Origin: Octopus sinensis
Lineage: Eukaryota
Length of the DNA stretch: 64,000 nt
Direction of reading: 5' to 3'
Assembly: GCF_006345805.1 (NCBI RefSeq)
Contig: NC_042997.1
Coordinates: 43,958,001-44,022,000 of the forward strand
Numbering within the stretch: position 1 is the first letter of the stretch; each line of letters opens with the position of its first letter. The notes beneath the pieces were generated by a model that was not told where the DNA came from, made no database searches, and was given only the letters and a program-made list of their open reading frames with translations. Of the stretch, positions 1 to 10,950 are shown piece by piece. Position numbers and translations under genes: made by a program.

Positions 1-44
1 AAATAAGTACCAGGCTTTAAAAAGTAAGTAAAGGTAAATGGTAA

Positions 45-372
45 AGACCCACTTTGGTCATGAATGACCATGGGATTGCACCTAGGGAAAGTTCCCCTCT
101 GAAGCACAAGTCTGGGCAAGGTTGTTTATAGAAGACCAACAGTTGCCAATGTATACAAGCGTCCCCTTTTCGTGCCACTGATGTTATCCAAGGGAAAGGG
201 GCCATTACAGCTTGGCACTAATGATGTCACAACACATTTCTACAACTGAGTGAACTGGAGCAACATGAAATAAAGTATCTTGCTCAAGAACACAACTCAC
301 AGCTCAGTCTTGGAATCAAACTCACAACCTTATGAATGTAAGCTCAACCCTCTAACCACTGAGCCATGCACC
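45..372 (-). mobile_element. tRNA-headed SINE with CORE-like block
   Basis: Minus strand reads GGTGCATGGCTCAGTGGTTAGAG (A box), GTGAGTTTGATTCC (B box), then GTGTTCTTGAGCAAGATAC. Confidence 0.6.
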
Positions 373-689
373 TTCACAAAAAGTAAGGACTAGGATCAAG
401 GTGGTGCCCCAGTAAAAGATGAAAATATGTAAAATAAAAAACGTTTTCCTGGAAAAGTTGAAAAGTAGGTTGGAGTTGAGTCCTGGAATTTGTATGTTAG
501 TAAGTGATGGGTTGGTTTCCCCTTTGCGCAGCACCTACAACAAAAACACCAGCTTTTCCATATAAATCTTCTACAGCATCCACATGTATATAACACTGCA
601 ACAAAAGGAAAACAGTGCACAAACATACATTTGATACTCACAGATGAAAATATTTGGCCAACACAGACCAAAATGCGAAGACCTGTTGA

Positions 690-980
690 GGCAAGCAAAA
701 TCGAAATCGATCAAAAAATCAATAGAAATTGTAGTTGTGATCCCAGTGCTGATGGCACATAAAAAGATCCATCCGAACATGGCTGTTGCCAGCGCCGCCT
801 TGACTGGCACGTAAAAAGCACCCACTATACTCACTGAGTGGTTGGCGTTAGGAAGGGCATCCAGCTGTAGAAACACTGCCAGATCAGACTGGAGCCCAGT
901 GCAGCCTCCTGGCTTCCCAGACCCCGGTCGAACCGTCCAACCCATGCTAGCATGGAGAACGGACGTTAAATGATGATGAT
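690..980 (+). mobile_element. SINE family R, 3' part (RTE-like tail)
   Basis: GGTTGGCGTTAGGAAGGGCATCCAGC...CCATGCTAGCATGGAGAACGGACGTTAAATGATGATGAT. The same tail recurs at 6662-7062 and 63625-63785. Confidence 0.65.
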
Positions 981-1197
981 AAGTGTGTTTGATGTATATG
1001 GGAAAATGATGTATTGTTGTGTTTTAATCTGAAAGGCCTGACTGAGCAGGCCTAAGAAAGAAAGTATTGCAACCATGACCACCTCATCTGTCACCCGGAG
1101 GTACATTATCAATTGTGTTCTGCCTTATTTTTAAGATGATTGGTTTTGATTTATCGGATGTTTTGGTTGATGTAACAGCTCAGGTGACCATGGACAG

Positions 1198-1486
1198 CAG
1201 TGATTCTCAACCATCTTTCTCTATGTTCACTATTCTACTCTGGTGAACCCCCATAACGATTTCATGTCTAAAAACTAGTTTTATAGATTCCTTTTTTGTT
1301 TCTTACACATTTATTTGTTTATAACAATACTGAGAGAACATTTTTCAGGGGCCAGAAACCTAGCTGTTTCTTGCAATAAATACATCTAAAGAATGAGCCC
1401 TTAAAATATCACTGTATACTCCCAAATTACTATTTTGCTTGTGTGGACCCCCAAAATCTTATAGGGTCCCCAATTGAGAACTACCA
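1198..1486. mobile_element. hAT-type MITE (CAGTGGTTCTCAACC family), decayed
   Basis: Left TIR CAGTGATTCTCAACC and degenerate right end TTGAGAACTAC. Interior resembles the ends of 5418-8702. Confidence 0.5.
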
Positions 1487-2030
1487 ATGCAGAGCCCCCC
1501 TGCATTGCATTACTGGTTTTTAATGTTTATTTTTCCATGTCAGCATGAATAAGAAACACATTTTCCACTCATCTGAAACAAGGAAGTTGTCTGGGTGGGA
1601 AATTAAAAATGTCAACCCAGCCAAAATTAAATATTAATTATTAAATATAAAATATTTTCAGTTCATTATGAAAATAGTAATTAAAGACTTTAGCATTCAG
1701 ATTACTCATTCAAATGTAATGTTTGCTTATTCACACTGTTTTCAATTAATCATGCATTATCTTGTAGCTACACGATTTGTTGGTATAATTGTTTATTTTT
1801 AGAATGATATTGCAAAGTAGGTGTGAGAGGCTGGATCTGGCTGGCTTTAGCATAAAATAGAATATTTGAGCTAGATACAACCGGTTTGAATTCCAAAGAG
1901 TTAACGCAAGAATCTGTTAATGCAATTCAATAAAATGGTTATTTCGATGTTTGACAAGCACAATATCTGCTGCATTTCAAATGTAATGAGTAATGCTTTT
2001 AATCACATGTAAAAAAACATTTCGACTTCA

Positions 2031-2431
2031 TCTTTATATATAAAAGTGAGGTTGTGTGCTGTCTGTCTCCTACGATTTAGATTCCTAACTACTCCCACAT
2101 TTTGCAGTGCAGTTTAACCAAAACCGGGTATCTTATAGTCGTGATTCATATCAAGCCCTTCTGGGTATTAGCGCGCGTCTACGATGAGTCTACGATTTTA
2201 AAAATAATTTACCATCATTTTATTCCATTTTAATGCATTTTTTCGCTATTATATAAGGGAAGTAACTCTCTAAAAATGTCTACGATGAGTCAACGATTTA
2301 AACAAAAATTTACCCTAATTTTTTTCCCATTTTTAATGCATTTTTTTGCTATTTTTTGGCTATAACTCTCTAAAAATGCTTATATAGTTATTTCCCTTAC
2401 AAACCCGAGCAACGCCGGGCGATACTGCTAG
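2031..2431 (+). mobile_element. non-autonomous Helitron
   Basis: A|TC 5' end (TCTTTATATATAAAAG), 3' hairpin CCCGAGCAACGCCGGG then CTAG|T, no TSD. Confidence 0.85.
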
Positions 2432-2544
2432 TAATACATAAGATGTAGTTCAAAATATAGGTAAAAGTCAACTGATTTTTATGAAGTGTCATTTCAAAAT
2501 GAAAAAAATGCGCACCTTTGTTTTATGAGTAATATTGGTTTAAA

Positions 2545-2735
2545 AGTTTGACACAAGGCCAGCAATTTCGGGGCAGGGAGTAAGTCGATTGCATCGATCC
2601 CCATGATCAACAGGTACTTATTTTATCGACCCCGAAAGGATGAAAGACAGAATTTGAACTCAGAACGAAAAGACGGACGAAATGCCGCAAGGTATTTTGT
2701 CCGGCGTGTTAACGACTTTGCCAGCTTGCCGCCTT
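2545..2735 (-). mobile_element. SINE family M fragment
   Basis: Core ATCGACCCCGAAAGGATGAAAG...GAACTCAGAACG, shared by dozens of copies in the window. Confidence 0.7.
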
Positions 2736-2848
2736 TTTTATGAGTTAATATCAATTGACGCTTCATATAAGAGTATAAATCAGACACAGGTATTAGATTT
2801 TAAGCGTATGCATATGAAGAAATACAACTGTTTTAAAAATATACATAA

Positions 2849-3345
2849 CTAGCAGTATCGCGCGGCGTTGCTCGGGTTTGTAAGGGAAATAACTATATAA
2901 GCATTTTTAGAGAGTTATAGCCAAAAATAGCAAAAAAATGCATCAAAAATGAAAAAAAAATGACGGTAATTTTTTTTTAAAATCGTTGACTCATCGTAGA
3001 CATTTTTAGAGAGTTACTTCCCTTATATAATAGCAAAAAAATGCATTAAAATGGAAAAAAATGATGGTAAATTTTTTTTTAATCGTAGACTCATCGTAGA
3101 CATTTTTAGAGAGTTACTTCCCTTATATAATAGCGAAAAAATGCATTAAAATGGAAAAAAATGATGGTAAATTATTTTTAAAATCGTAGACTCATCGTAG
3201 ACGTGCGCTAATACCCAGAAGGGCTCGATATGAATCACGACTATAAGATACCCGGTTTTGGTCACACTGCACCGCAAAATGTGGGAGTAGTTAGGAATCT
3301 AAATCGTAGGAGACAGACACACAACTTCACTTTTATATATAAAGA
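2849..3345 (-). mobile_element. non-autonomous Helitron (three internal ~100-bp units)
   Basis: Reverse complement of 2031-2431, with A|CTAG...AAAGA|T ends. Confidence 0.85.
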
Positions 3346-3599
3346 TATCACCCATAGGTTATCCCCCACCTCATACATGTGTTATAAGGTAAATTTGATT
3401 AGTATTCAAACAGAACTCAACGTGTGATGGACAGTTATTGTAGAATCACTAATTCTTTCAGCAGAGTTTCGCAGTTGTACAGGAAAGTAGTACAATTTGT
3501 GTCGGCATTTCATCAATGAGGCTATCATCTTACCACGTGTGGCGCTAAGACTGACGAAATGTTGATATAAATACATTAACCCGTATCTTGCATAATATA

Positions 3600-3805
3600 T
3601 CTTTAGATAGTCACATCGTGATGTGGCCTCCTTCTCACAACTCGGTTACTGAGCTCAGGAGGCTCTCAAAATTCTCAAATCTTTCCAACATCTTTAGCAT
3701 ACGTCCGCAAATTTACATTACATTACTGCATGTACTCTATATGCACTTTCTGACAAGTTGCGGTGCACCTGAGCACTGTATACAATAATTTCATTATTAT
3801 ATTAT
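3600..3805 (+). mobile_element. retroposon 3' end with (ATT)n tail
   Basis: Ends GCACCTGAGCACTGTATACAATAATTTCATTATTATATTATT, a LINE-like 3' end. Family not assigned. Confidence 0.35.
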
Positions 3806-4187
3806 TAAATACTACTTTTCACTATCAACTCCGAAAACTTATTGTTTAGCAGGTTAATTTCTTTTATATCGCACACTACCGCCAAAACAATATAGTGGAC
3901 AATTTGTACCAGTTTTACTTTAAAATGACTCGGATGGTCACAGATGATTGATCACAAGACAGTCAACATAAGAATGACTTGGCTTAGAGGTGAGACACAA
4001 GAAACCACAGATGGGAACAGCGAAAGCAAGCATTTCTAGTCGGGAGTTGTCACCTCATCCGAAGTTAGGATGGGTGGATGGGTGCTGGGTCATCTCCTCT
4101 TTCGGTCGTAAACTCAAAAGTATATTATTACAAGGAACCGGGGAAACAGACAACAATGACTCTTAAAACCATGCAATCTACAGCAGA

Positions 4188-4227
<40 letters not shown>

Positions 4228-5024
4228 TGGAGAAGAGAAATAGAGAAATAACGCGTGCGTTCGGTCATATAGTAATATAATAATAAGGCGATAAATAAAT
4301 AAAATATATGCATATATACATACATATATGTACATACTTACATCTACATGTATATATACATGCATACATACATATATATGAGTACAGGACACCACACATA
4401 AACGTAGAACACAACGAGAGACGAGAACATAAAATCAAACAAGGAAACGGACTTTTACCCACAAGGGGCTAAACATAGAGGGGACAAACAAGGACCCTAG
4501 TGCGAAACTGGTACTTTATTTATCGACTCCGAAAGGATGAAAGGCAAAGTCGACCTCGGCGGAATATATATATATATATATATATATATGCGATACAAGT
4601 ACCATATATATATATATAGCGAGAGATAAAAGCTTTCATTGTTATCGCGGTTAATTACATAAACGCATGCTATTTTGTGTATTGTTGTATATTCACTGGA
4701 ACAATCTAAAGCTTCTATTAATAAAACGTGTGTAAGAAATACCTATCAAACTATAGAGAACGATGGAAACAACACAAAGTATTAGTAAAGAACTAAACAC
4801 GAGGTAAATATTCTGGAAGCGAAAAACTGGAATCGACAAAAAGTTACCAAATTATTAAGTTTATGAAGGAAAGAAAAGTTGTTAATATGGATATCTATAT
4901 GTAATAAAGCGTTTTTTCTTTTTTTTTTTCTCTCTCCCAATATGTGTGAAAGCAACAACAAACAACAAAAAAAACAACTTGAGATAAACAATTTAGTAAT
5001 TAGTAATTATTTACTAATTATTAC

Positions 5025-5143
5025 CTTTCTGCAACATAGAGTTTCCCTAATCCAAGAGATTTTTTCTGCACGAATACTTCCACGTCAGGCTGTTCGCAAT
5101 GAATACCTTCAGTCGGTGGAGGGAAATTGGTGAGTTTTACCAT
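5025..5143 (-). CDS. CLNS1A: pICln / methylosome subunit (chloride nucleotide-sensitive channel 1A), coding exon 1
   Basis: ATG at 5143 gives MVKLTNFPPPTEGIHCEQPDVEVFVQKKSLGLGKLYVAE+AG, then donor GTAATA. This matches the vertebrate pICln N-terminus as I recall it (MSFLKSFPPP..EG..QQPDTEA.L.GKGLGTGTLYIAES), including a phase-2 intron inside the AES serine codon. Confidence 0.85.
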
Positions 5144-5360
5144 AACTTATGGTTTTCTCATTTAACGTTCGCTTTTAATTAACTTAATTAATTTTTTTCC
5201 GAGTGTCCTCATCAAAACCGAAACCAATTAAGACTCAGCTGGAACAACCAACGCCATCAAGCGACTAAACTTAGTATTAGTTCGAGCGGACTTTGGGGTT
5301 ATCTCCCTTGAGCTGTCTCCACTAATTCTCGACTTAATTGAAATTTGCTATAACCTGTTG
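5144..5360 (-). promoter_or_regulatory. probable CLNS1A 5' UTR / proximal promoter
   Basis: The only non-repeat sequence between the CLNS1A ATG and the repeat nest starting at ~5365. TSS not determinable. Confidence 0.4.
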
Positions 5361-6661
5361 CTTGCTTCAGTTATTGGACTGCGGCCGCACTGGAGCACCG
5401 CCTTGCCGAATTTAGTCATGTGGTTCTCAACCAGTTTTTACTTATGAACCCTTTTGATTTCTATTTTACTTGCATAGACATTCATAACTATACGATGTTT
5501 AAAAATTGCATATTTTTGGTGATTAAATATTAATAGAAAGTGTTAAAAAATTGTCAAAATATTTCGTAAATTTAGATCCTTTCACCTGCACGATTTTCAC
5601 TAAGAAAAAAAAAAAACTTGGATTTTTTTTGCATGGAATCAAGTTCCCTGACCTCCTAATATGCTACAGACCTCTTATTTTTGTTTGGAAAAAAAAAAGC
5701 GAGGGAACCGAACCAACTCCCAAATCCCGGAATCATTGGAAATTTTTTCTTTTTGTTTTCGTTGAATGAATTCCGGTGACCCCCTAATATGCTACAAAAA
5801 CCTTTTGCGGGGTTCGGAAAACGGGGTGGGGTGAGGTGGAAGTCTCGGAAATTTCATCCTCATCCCCATTGATCTTTTTACCTGCACGACTTTCACTAAG
5901 GAAAAAAAAAATTGGATTTTTTGCATGGAATCAAGTCCCCTGACCCCTTAATATGCTGTAAATCCTTTTTGTTCGCAAAAAAGGGATGGTGAGAAACTGC
6001 CCTGTATCTCGGAATCATTGGACCCTTTTTTTTTTTTTTTGGTTGAATGAATTCCGATGACCTCCTAATATGCTACAAAAGCCTTTTTTGGGGTCCGGAA
6101 AACGGGGTGGGACGGATCTCTCGGAAATTTTACCCCTATCCCCATTTTCAAAACTTTTTTGCTATTTCTTTCTTTACCAATAATTTTAGATAGTATTTTG
6201 CAGAAATACGTTTTCGAGAGAGTGTAGATTACATTAGATTGAAAATTCAAAGAAGTTTAAAAGGAATAAGTGAAACTGCAGAGGTTGGTGGTAACGAAGT
6301 GTGTGGAGAGATGGCGAACGATAAATTCATCTAAAAAAACACGTTAGAGTTTTCGCATGTATGTGTGAAACGAAGTAAAAGTATAATATTAAAACAAATA
6401 CATCTTTTTCCTACCTCTTAAAATTGCTGGATATAATATATATAACAATTCCAGGTTGCAGAATAGATTTGAAAAACTAAAGCATGTTCCCTTTGCAACT
6501 TTTGGCGCCGAAATGAGTTTCATTTTTGTGTGGGGGGGAGGGAGAGAGAGAGAGAGAGAATGTGAGAAAGAGAAAGAAAAAGAGTGAGTGAGTGAGTGGG
6601 TGACGAAGTTTACCTGAACTTTCAATGGGGTAACAATATATCATAATTATATATACCATTA

Positions 6662-7062
6662 TACATCATCATCATCATCGTTTAACGTCTGCTTTCCATG
6701 TTGGCATGGGTTAGACGGTTTGACTGGGGACTGGCAATCCAGGAGGCTGCAATAAGGCTCCAGTCTGTTCTGGCAAACTTTCTACAGCTGGATGTCCTTC
6801 CTAACGCCAACCACTACGAAAGTGTAGCGGGTGCTTTTCAAGTGCCACTGGCACGGGGGCCTGTCAGATCGCACTGGCATCGATCACGCTCGAATGGTGG
6901 TTTTTACGTGCCGCCGGCACTGTCATCAGCCGCGCCAGTGTAGGAAGCTTACCAGAACAGACTGGAGCCTTATTGCAGCCATCAGGTTTGCCAGTCCTCA
7001 GTCAAACCGTCCAACTCATGCCAACATGGAAAGCAGACGTTAAACGATGATGATGATGATGT
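6662..7062. mobile_element. SINE family R (minus, 6662-6940) plus inverted duplicate of its 3' ~120 bp (plus, 6941-7062)
   Basis: CATCATCATCGTTTAACGTCTGCTTTCCATGTTGGCATGG...GGCTCCAGTCTGTTCTGG is mirrored at 6941-7062. Confidence 0.75.
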
Positions 7063-7117
7063 ATAATAATATATATAATTATGATATGACACCATTCAAA
7101 GTTTAGGTAAACTTCGT

Positions 7118-7148
<31 letters not shown>

Positions 7149-7252
7149 CCCCCCCCACAAAAATGAAACTCATTTCGGCGCCAAAAGTTGCAAAGGGAAC
7201 ATGCTTTAGCTTTTCAAATCTATTCTGCAGCCTAGGATTGTTATATATATTA

Positions 7253-7551
7253 CTAGCAGTATCGCCCGGCGTTGCTCGGGTTTGTAAGGGAAATAACTAT
7301 ATAAGCATTTTTAGAGAGTTACTTCCCTTATATAATAGCAAAAAATGCATTAAAAATGGGAAAAAATGATGGTAATTTTTTTTTTTTAATCGTAGACTCA
7401 TCGTAGACGCGCGCTAATACCCAGAAGGGTTCGATATGTATCACGACTAAAAGATACCCGCTTTTGGTTAAACTGCACCGCAAAATGTGGGAGTTGTTAG
7501 GAATCTAAATCGTAGGAGACAGACACACAACTTCACTTTTATATATAAAGA
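7253..7551 (-). mobile_element. non-autonomous Helitron (one internal unit)
   Basis: Inserted exactly between A and T of ATTA|TATCC, as shown by the empty site in the opposite foldback arm (~6430-6445). CTAG and TC ends. Confidence 0.9.
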
Positions 7552-8145
7552 TATCCAGCAATTTTAAGATATAGGAAAAAGATGTATTTGTTTTAATATT
7601 ATACTTTTACTTCGTTTCACACATACATGCGAAAACTCTAACGTGTTTTTTTAGATGAATTTATCGCTCGCCATCTCTCCACACACTTCGTTACCACCAA
7701 CCTCTACAGTTTCACTTATTCCTTTTAAACTTCTTCGAATTTTCAATCTAATGTAATCCACACTCTCTCGAAAACGTATTTCTGCAAAATACTATCTAAA
7801 ATTATGGGTAAAGAAAGAAATAGCAAAAAATTTTGAAAATGGGGATAGGGGTGAAATTTCCGAGGGTTCCGCCCCACCCCGTTTTCCGGACCCCAAAAAG
7901 GCTTTTGTAGCATATTAGGAGGTCACTGGAATTCATTCAACGGAAAAAAAAGTTTCCAATGATTCCAGGATATGAGGTGGGGTGGGTGGGTCCGGTTTCC
8001 CACCCCACCTTTTTATCGAACAAAAATAAGGGGTTGCAGTAGATTAGGAGATCAGCGTACTTGATTCCACGCAAAAAAATCCATGTTCTTTTTTTTAGTG
8101 AAAATCGTGTGGGTGAAAGGATCAAATAATACCAAATATTTTGTC

Positions 8146-8563
8146 GGATCTTTTCGGTTTGAACGGCAGTTTTTATCATAATTTCTAGGTAACTAAAAAA
8201 TGTTAAACTTCGTATACTGATCGAATATGTTTATAAAACATCTTTTTCTCTTGGCTTTATTGAGAAAATTCTATAGTTTGTAAGATATTTGTTGTTTTTT
8301 TCTTCAATTTCTGCAATTTCAACCAATCACTGACGGCTATTGAGGTAAAAAACATTCTGTGCCGTATGAATATGTCCCTCGTTTAAGAAACGGATTGGGT
8401 TTATTTACATTTGTGAAGAAAAAAAGATACCCTTCCCCTAACCCTAATCCTAACCCTAACCCTAAAACCGATTGAAATGCAATAGATCGATACTAAGGTC
8501 ATAATTATGGGTGACAATTTCATATGACACCGCTAGAAAAAAGTGCCGTTCAACCCGTAAAGA
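8146..8563. mobile_element. GGATC-ended MITE with CCCTAA repeats (Merlin-like)
   Basis: TIRs GGATCTTTTCGGTTTGAACGGCA / TGCCGTTCAACCCGTAAAGATCC. Flanks ATTTTGTC / ATTTTGTG (7/8). Confidence 0.65.
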
Positions 8564-9276
8564 TCCATTTTGTGTATTGTAGAATTTTAACCAATTTATT
8601 GCTCGTAAATTTTGACAACAAAATCTTATATAGACCCTCTCCAAGAGTAATATGGACCCATCCCCTGTCAAAGGTCGTGTGGACCCCGGTTGAGAACCGC
8701 TGGTTTAGTCGAACAAATCGATTCTCGTACTTATTTTCTTTTAAGGTCCGGTGCTTATTCTGTTAGTCTCATTTTTTTATGGTTACGTAAACAAACCAGC
8801 ACCGGTTGTCAAGCAGCAGTGGGCAAACATACACGCACACGGCAGGTTCCTTTCAGTTTCTGTTGGCCAAATTCAGTCACAAGGCGTTAGTCAGCCTGAG
8901 GCTATTGTGGGAGACACTCGCCGCACAACGGAACTGAACCCAAAACCACATGGTTGAAAAACAAACTCCTTAACCGCACAGACACGCGTGGTGAGAGTGA
9001 ATCAATGAATGAAGAACGATTCTACTTTACTTTGAGAGAAGGACGTATCTGAAGCTAACTGGCGAATATAGTCATTTCAATCTTCCCCAGTATATAATCG
9101 ATTGTTACGATCATAATTCAGATTGTAGAGGCAGGCGTCTGAATGCTGTTAGGGTGTCAGTTTTTACTTGCTTACGACCTGAAATATGAAACTTTCGATT
9201 TACAGACGTCAAAGGATAAAAGTGGGTCTCTTCCTGCAGTTTAGCTGCAAAAGCAAGGATATTACCAAACTTGTAA

Positions 9277-9660
9277 GGAAGCACTCCGTCGGTTACGACG
9301 ACGAGGGTTCCGGTTGATCCGAGTCAACGGAACAGCCTGCTCGTGAAATTAACGTGTAAGTGGCTGAGCACTCCACAGACACGTGTACCCTTAACGTAGT
9401 TCTCGGGGATATTCAGCGTGACACAGAGAGTGACAAGGCCGGCCCTTTGAAATACAGGTACAACAGAAACAGGAAGTAAGAGTGAGAGAAAGTTGTGGTG
9501 AAAGAGTACAGCAGGGATCACCACCATCCCCTGCCGGAGCCTCGTGGAGCTTTTAGGTGTTTTCGCTCAATGAACACTCACAACGCCCGGTCTGGGAATA
9601 GAAACCGCGATCCTATGACTGTGAGTCCGCTGCCCTAACCACTGGGTCATTGCGCCTCCA
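9277..9660 (-). mobile_element. SINE family T, tail a (tRNA head; probably octopus OR-type)
   Basis: Head TGGAGGCGCAATGACCCAGTGGTTAG with A/B boxes. Near-identical to 14054-14436, 18074-18456 and 51430-51811. Confidence 0.85.
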
Positions 9661-10129
9661 CTAGTGTTGTACCAAACTTGTACGACACTACATACAAACA
9701 ATGTAGAACCAATTATACAGCGCTGCCTATGGTCCTATTTACAGTTAGCTGAAATGAGCCAGTAACAGTTTAGTAACTTGCCCATGACAACAGTGCTAGC
9801 GACGGAATGTGAATATTCAACTTCGGCTTGAAGTACGATAACCTTTGTACTCTGTGTAACGGTTAGTTCTTCGTTGTAGTCGAGCGTCACCAGTTGTAGC
9901 GGGAATGATTAAGGTGTTGTTTCCCAGTGTAACGGATTGTAAGCTGAAAGAAGAACAATAATCGAAGTTGTAAAGAGATATTTATTTACCGTTACTTTGT
10001 ATATATCCAAAACCACGACGGATTGGTATGTATAACTAGTAAATGGAAAAGCATGCGAGGTAAAAAGAGTTAATTTCGGCCGGTATGTATGTACACGATC
10101 TCATATATATATATGATAATATTTATTTC

Positions 10130-10317
10130 TTTATTGCCCACAGAGGGGACAAACAAGGACAGACAAAGGGCTTAAGTCGGTTACATCGACCCCAGTGCGT
10201 AACTAGTACTTAATTTATCGACCCCGAAAGGATGAAAGGCAAAGTCGACCTCGGCGGAATTTGAACTCAGAACGTAACGGCAGCCAAAATACCTTTTTCT
10301 TTACTATCCACAAGGGG
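10130..10317 (-). mobile_element. SINE family M, 3' unit plus tail of a second unit
   Basis: Family M core and tail. The junction AAATACCTTTTTCTTTACTATCCACAAGGGG matches the dimer junction seen elsewhere. Confidence 0.8.
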
Positions 10318-10950
10318 GCTCTTCTACCATAACATAGATCACGTGGGTCTCCCCCCGCAGCCTCCAACCTCCACAGTAGTGGCTCAAGAGCCAATACATA
10401 CAGAAGCGGGGACAAGGGGGAGCTCTGGCGAACTGAACGCTCGATCGCGAACGGCTTCGAGAAGAAACCGTTCACCCGGACGACTGAGTCGATGTCGTTA
10501 TACATAGCATTGATCCATCCACGGAAAGTTGGGCCCAGTCTGACCACCCGGAGGACCGCCACCAGATACCGATAGTCAACCCCATCGAATGCCTTAGACT
10601 AGTCTAAATTCACCAGTGCCGCAGCTTTGCTAGAAATTTTACCCACCCGCTCTATAGAGTAGCATATGAGGTGAAGGTTGTCGTGTATTGTCCTACCTGG
10701 GATGGTGCATGTCTGCGCCTCTCCCACCAGGTCGCCCACGACAAACCTCACTCTCTTGGCTAACACCTTGGCCAAAATCTTTAACTCTGTGTTTAGCAGA
10801 GTTATGGGCCTGAAATTATTAATGTTATCCCCCTTGCTCGGGTCTTTCCTGATCAGTGTTATTACTCCCCTGCGGACAGATATGGGAATTCTCCCGTTCT
10901 GCTACCAGTTCACGTATGCACCAGCCAGTATGTTTTCCAACAAGTTTAGC
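10318..10950 (-). pseudogene. Tx1/L1-clade non-LTR retrotransposon reverse transcriptase fragment
   Basis: Translates GVITLIRKDPSKGDNINNFRPITLLNTELKILAKVLAK...QTCTIPGRTIHDNLHL...LD*SKAFDGVD...SVRQSSPLSPLLYVLALEPLL, with in-frame stops. Confidence 0.9.

Larger units (their letters stand above)
5565..8133. mobile_element. foldback (long-TIR) element with ~1.2-kb inverted arms and ~155-bp spacer
   Basis: 5565-6784 is the reverse complement of 6941-8133, apart from a Helitron in the right arm and an extra ~300-bp unit in the left arm. Flanked by AAATATTT at 5557-5564 and 8134-8141. Confidence 0.75.
5418..8702. mobile_element. hAT-type MITE hosting further insertions
   Basis: TIRs ATGTGGTTCTCAACC / GGTTGAGAACCGCTG. 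8-bp TSD ATTTAGTC (5410-5417) vs GTTTAGTC (8703-8710). Confidence 0.7.
5365..8985 (-). mobile_element. SINE family C split by a 3.3-kb nested insertion
   Basis: GGACTGCGGCC..TGGAGCACCGCC...TTTAGTC (5365-5417) continues as GTTTAGTCGAACAAATCG... (8703-8985). Colinear with intact copy 54979-55387. Confidence 0.7.

Noticed and set aside
642-682. 41-nt minus-strand exon candidate as CLNS1A exon 2
   Set aside because: Lacks the expected ..LSW.. and SLHA motifs and overlaps the edge of a SINE.
3532-3542. 11-nt minus-strand microexon candidate
   Set aside because: Weak polypyrimidine tract; such AG...GTAAG pairs arise by chance.
5040-5129. Plus-strand 90-nt exon-like segment (TACTAAT branch, CATAG acceptor, GTGAGT donor) within the 84-aa ORF 4879-5133
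   Set aside because: It is the antisense of the recognisable pICln exon and its peptide matches nothing I know. An antisense transcript cannot be excluded without data.
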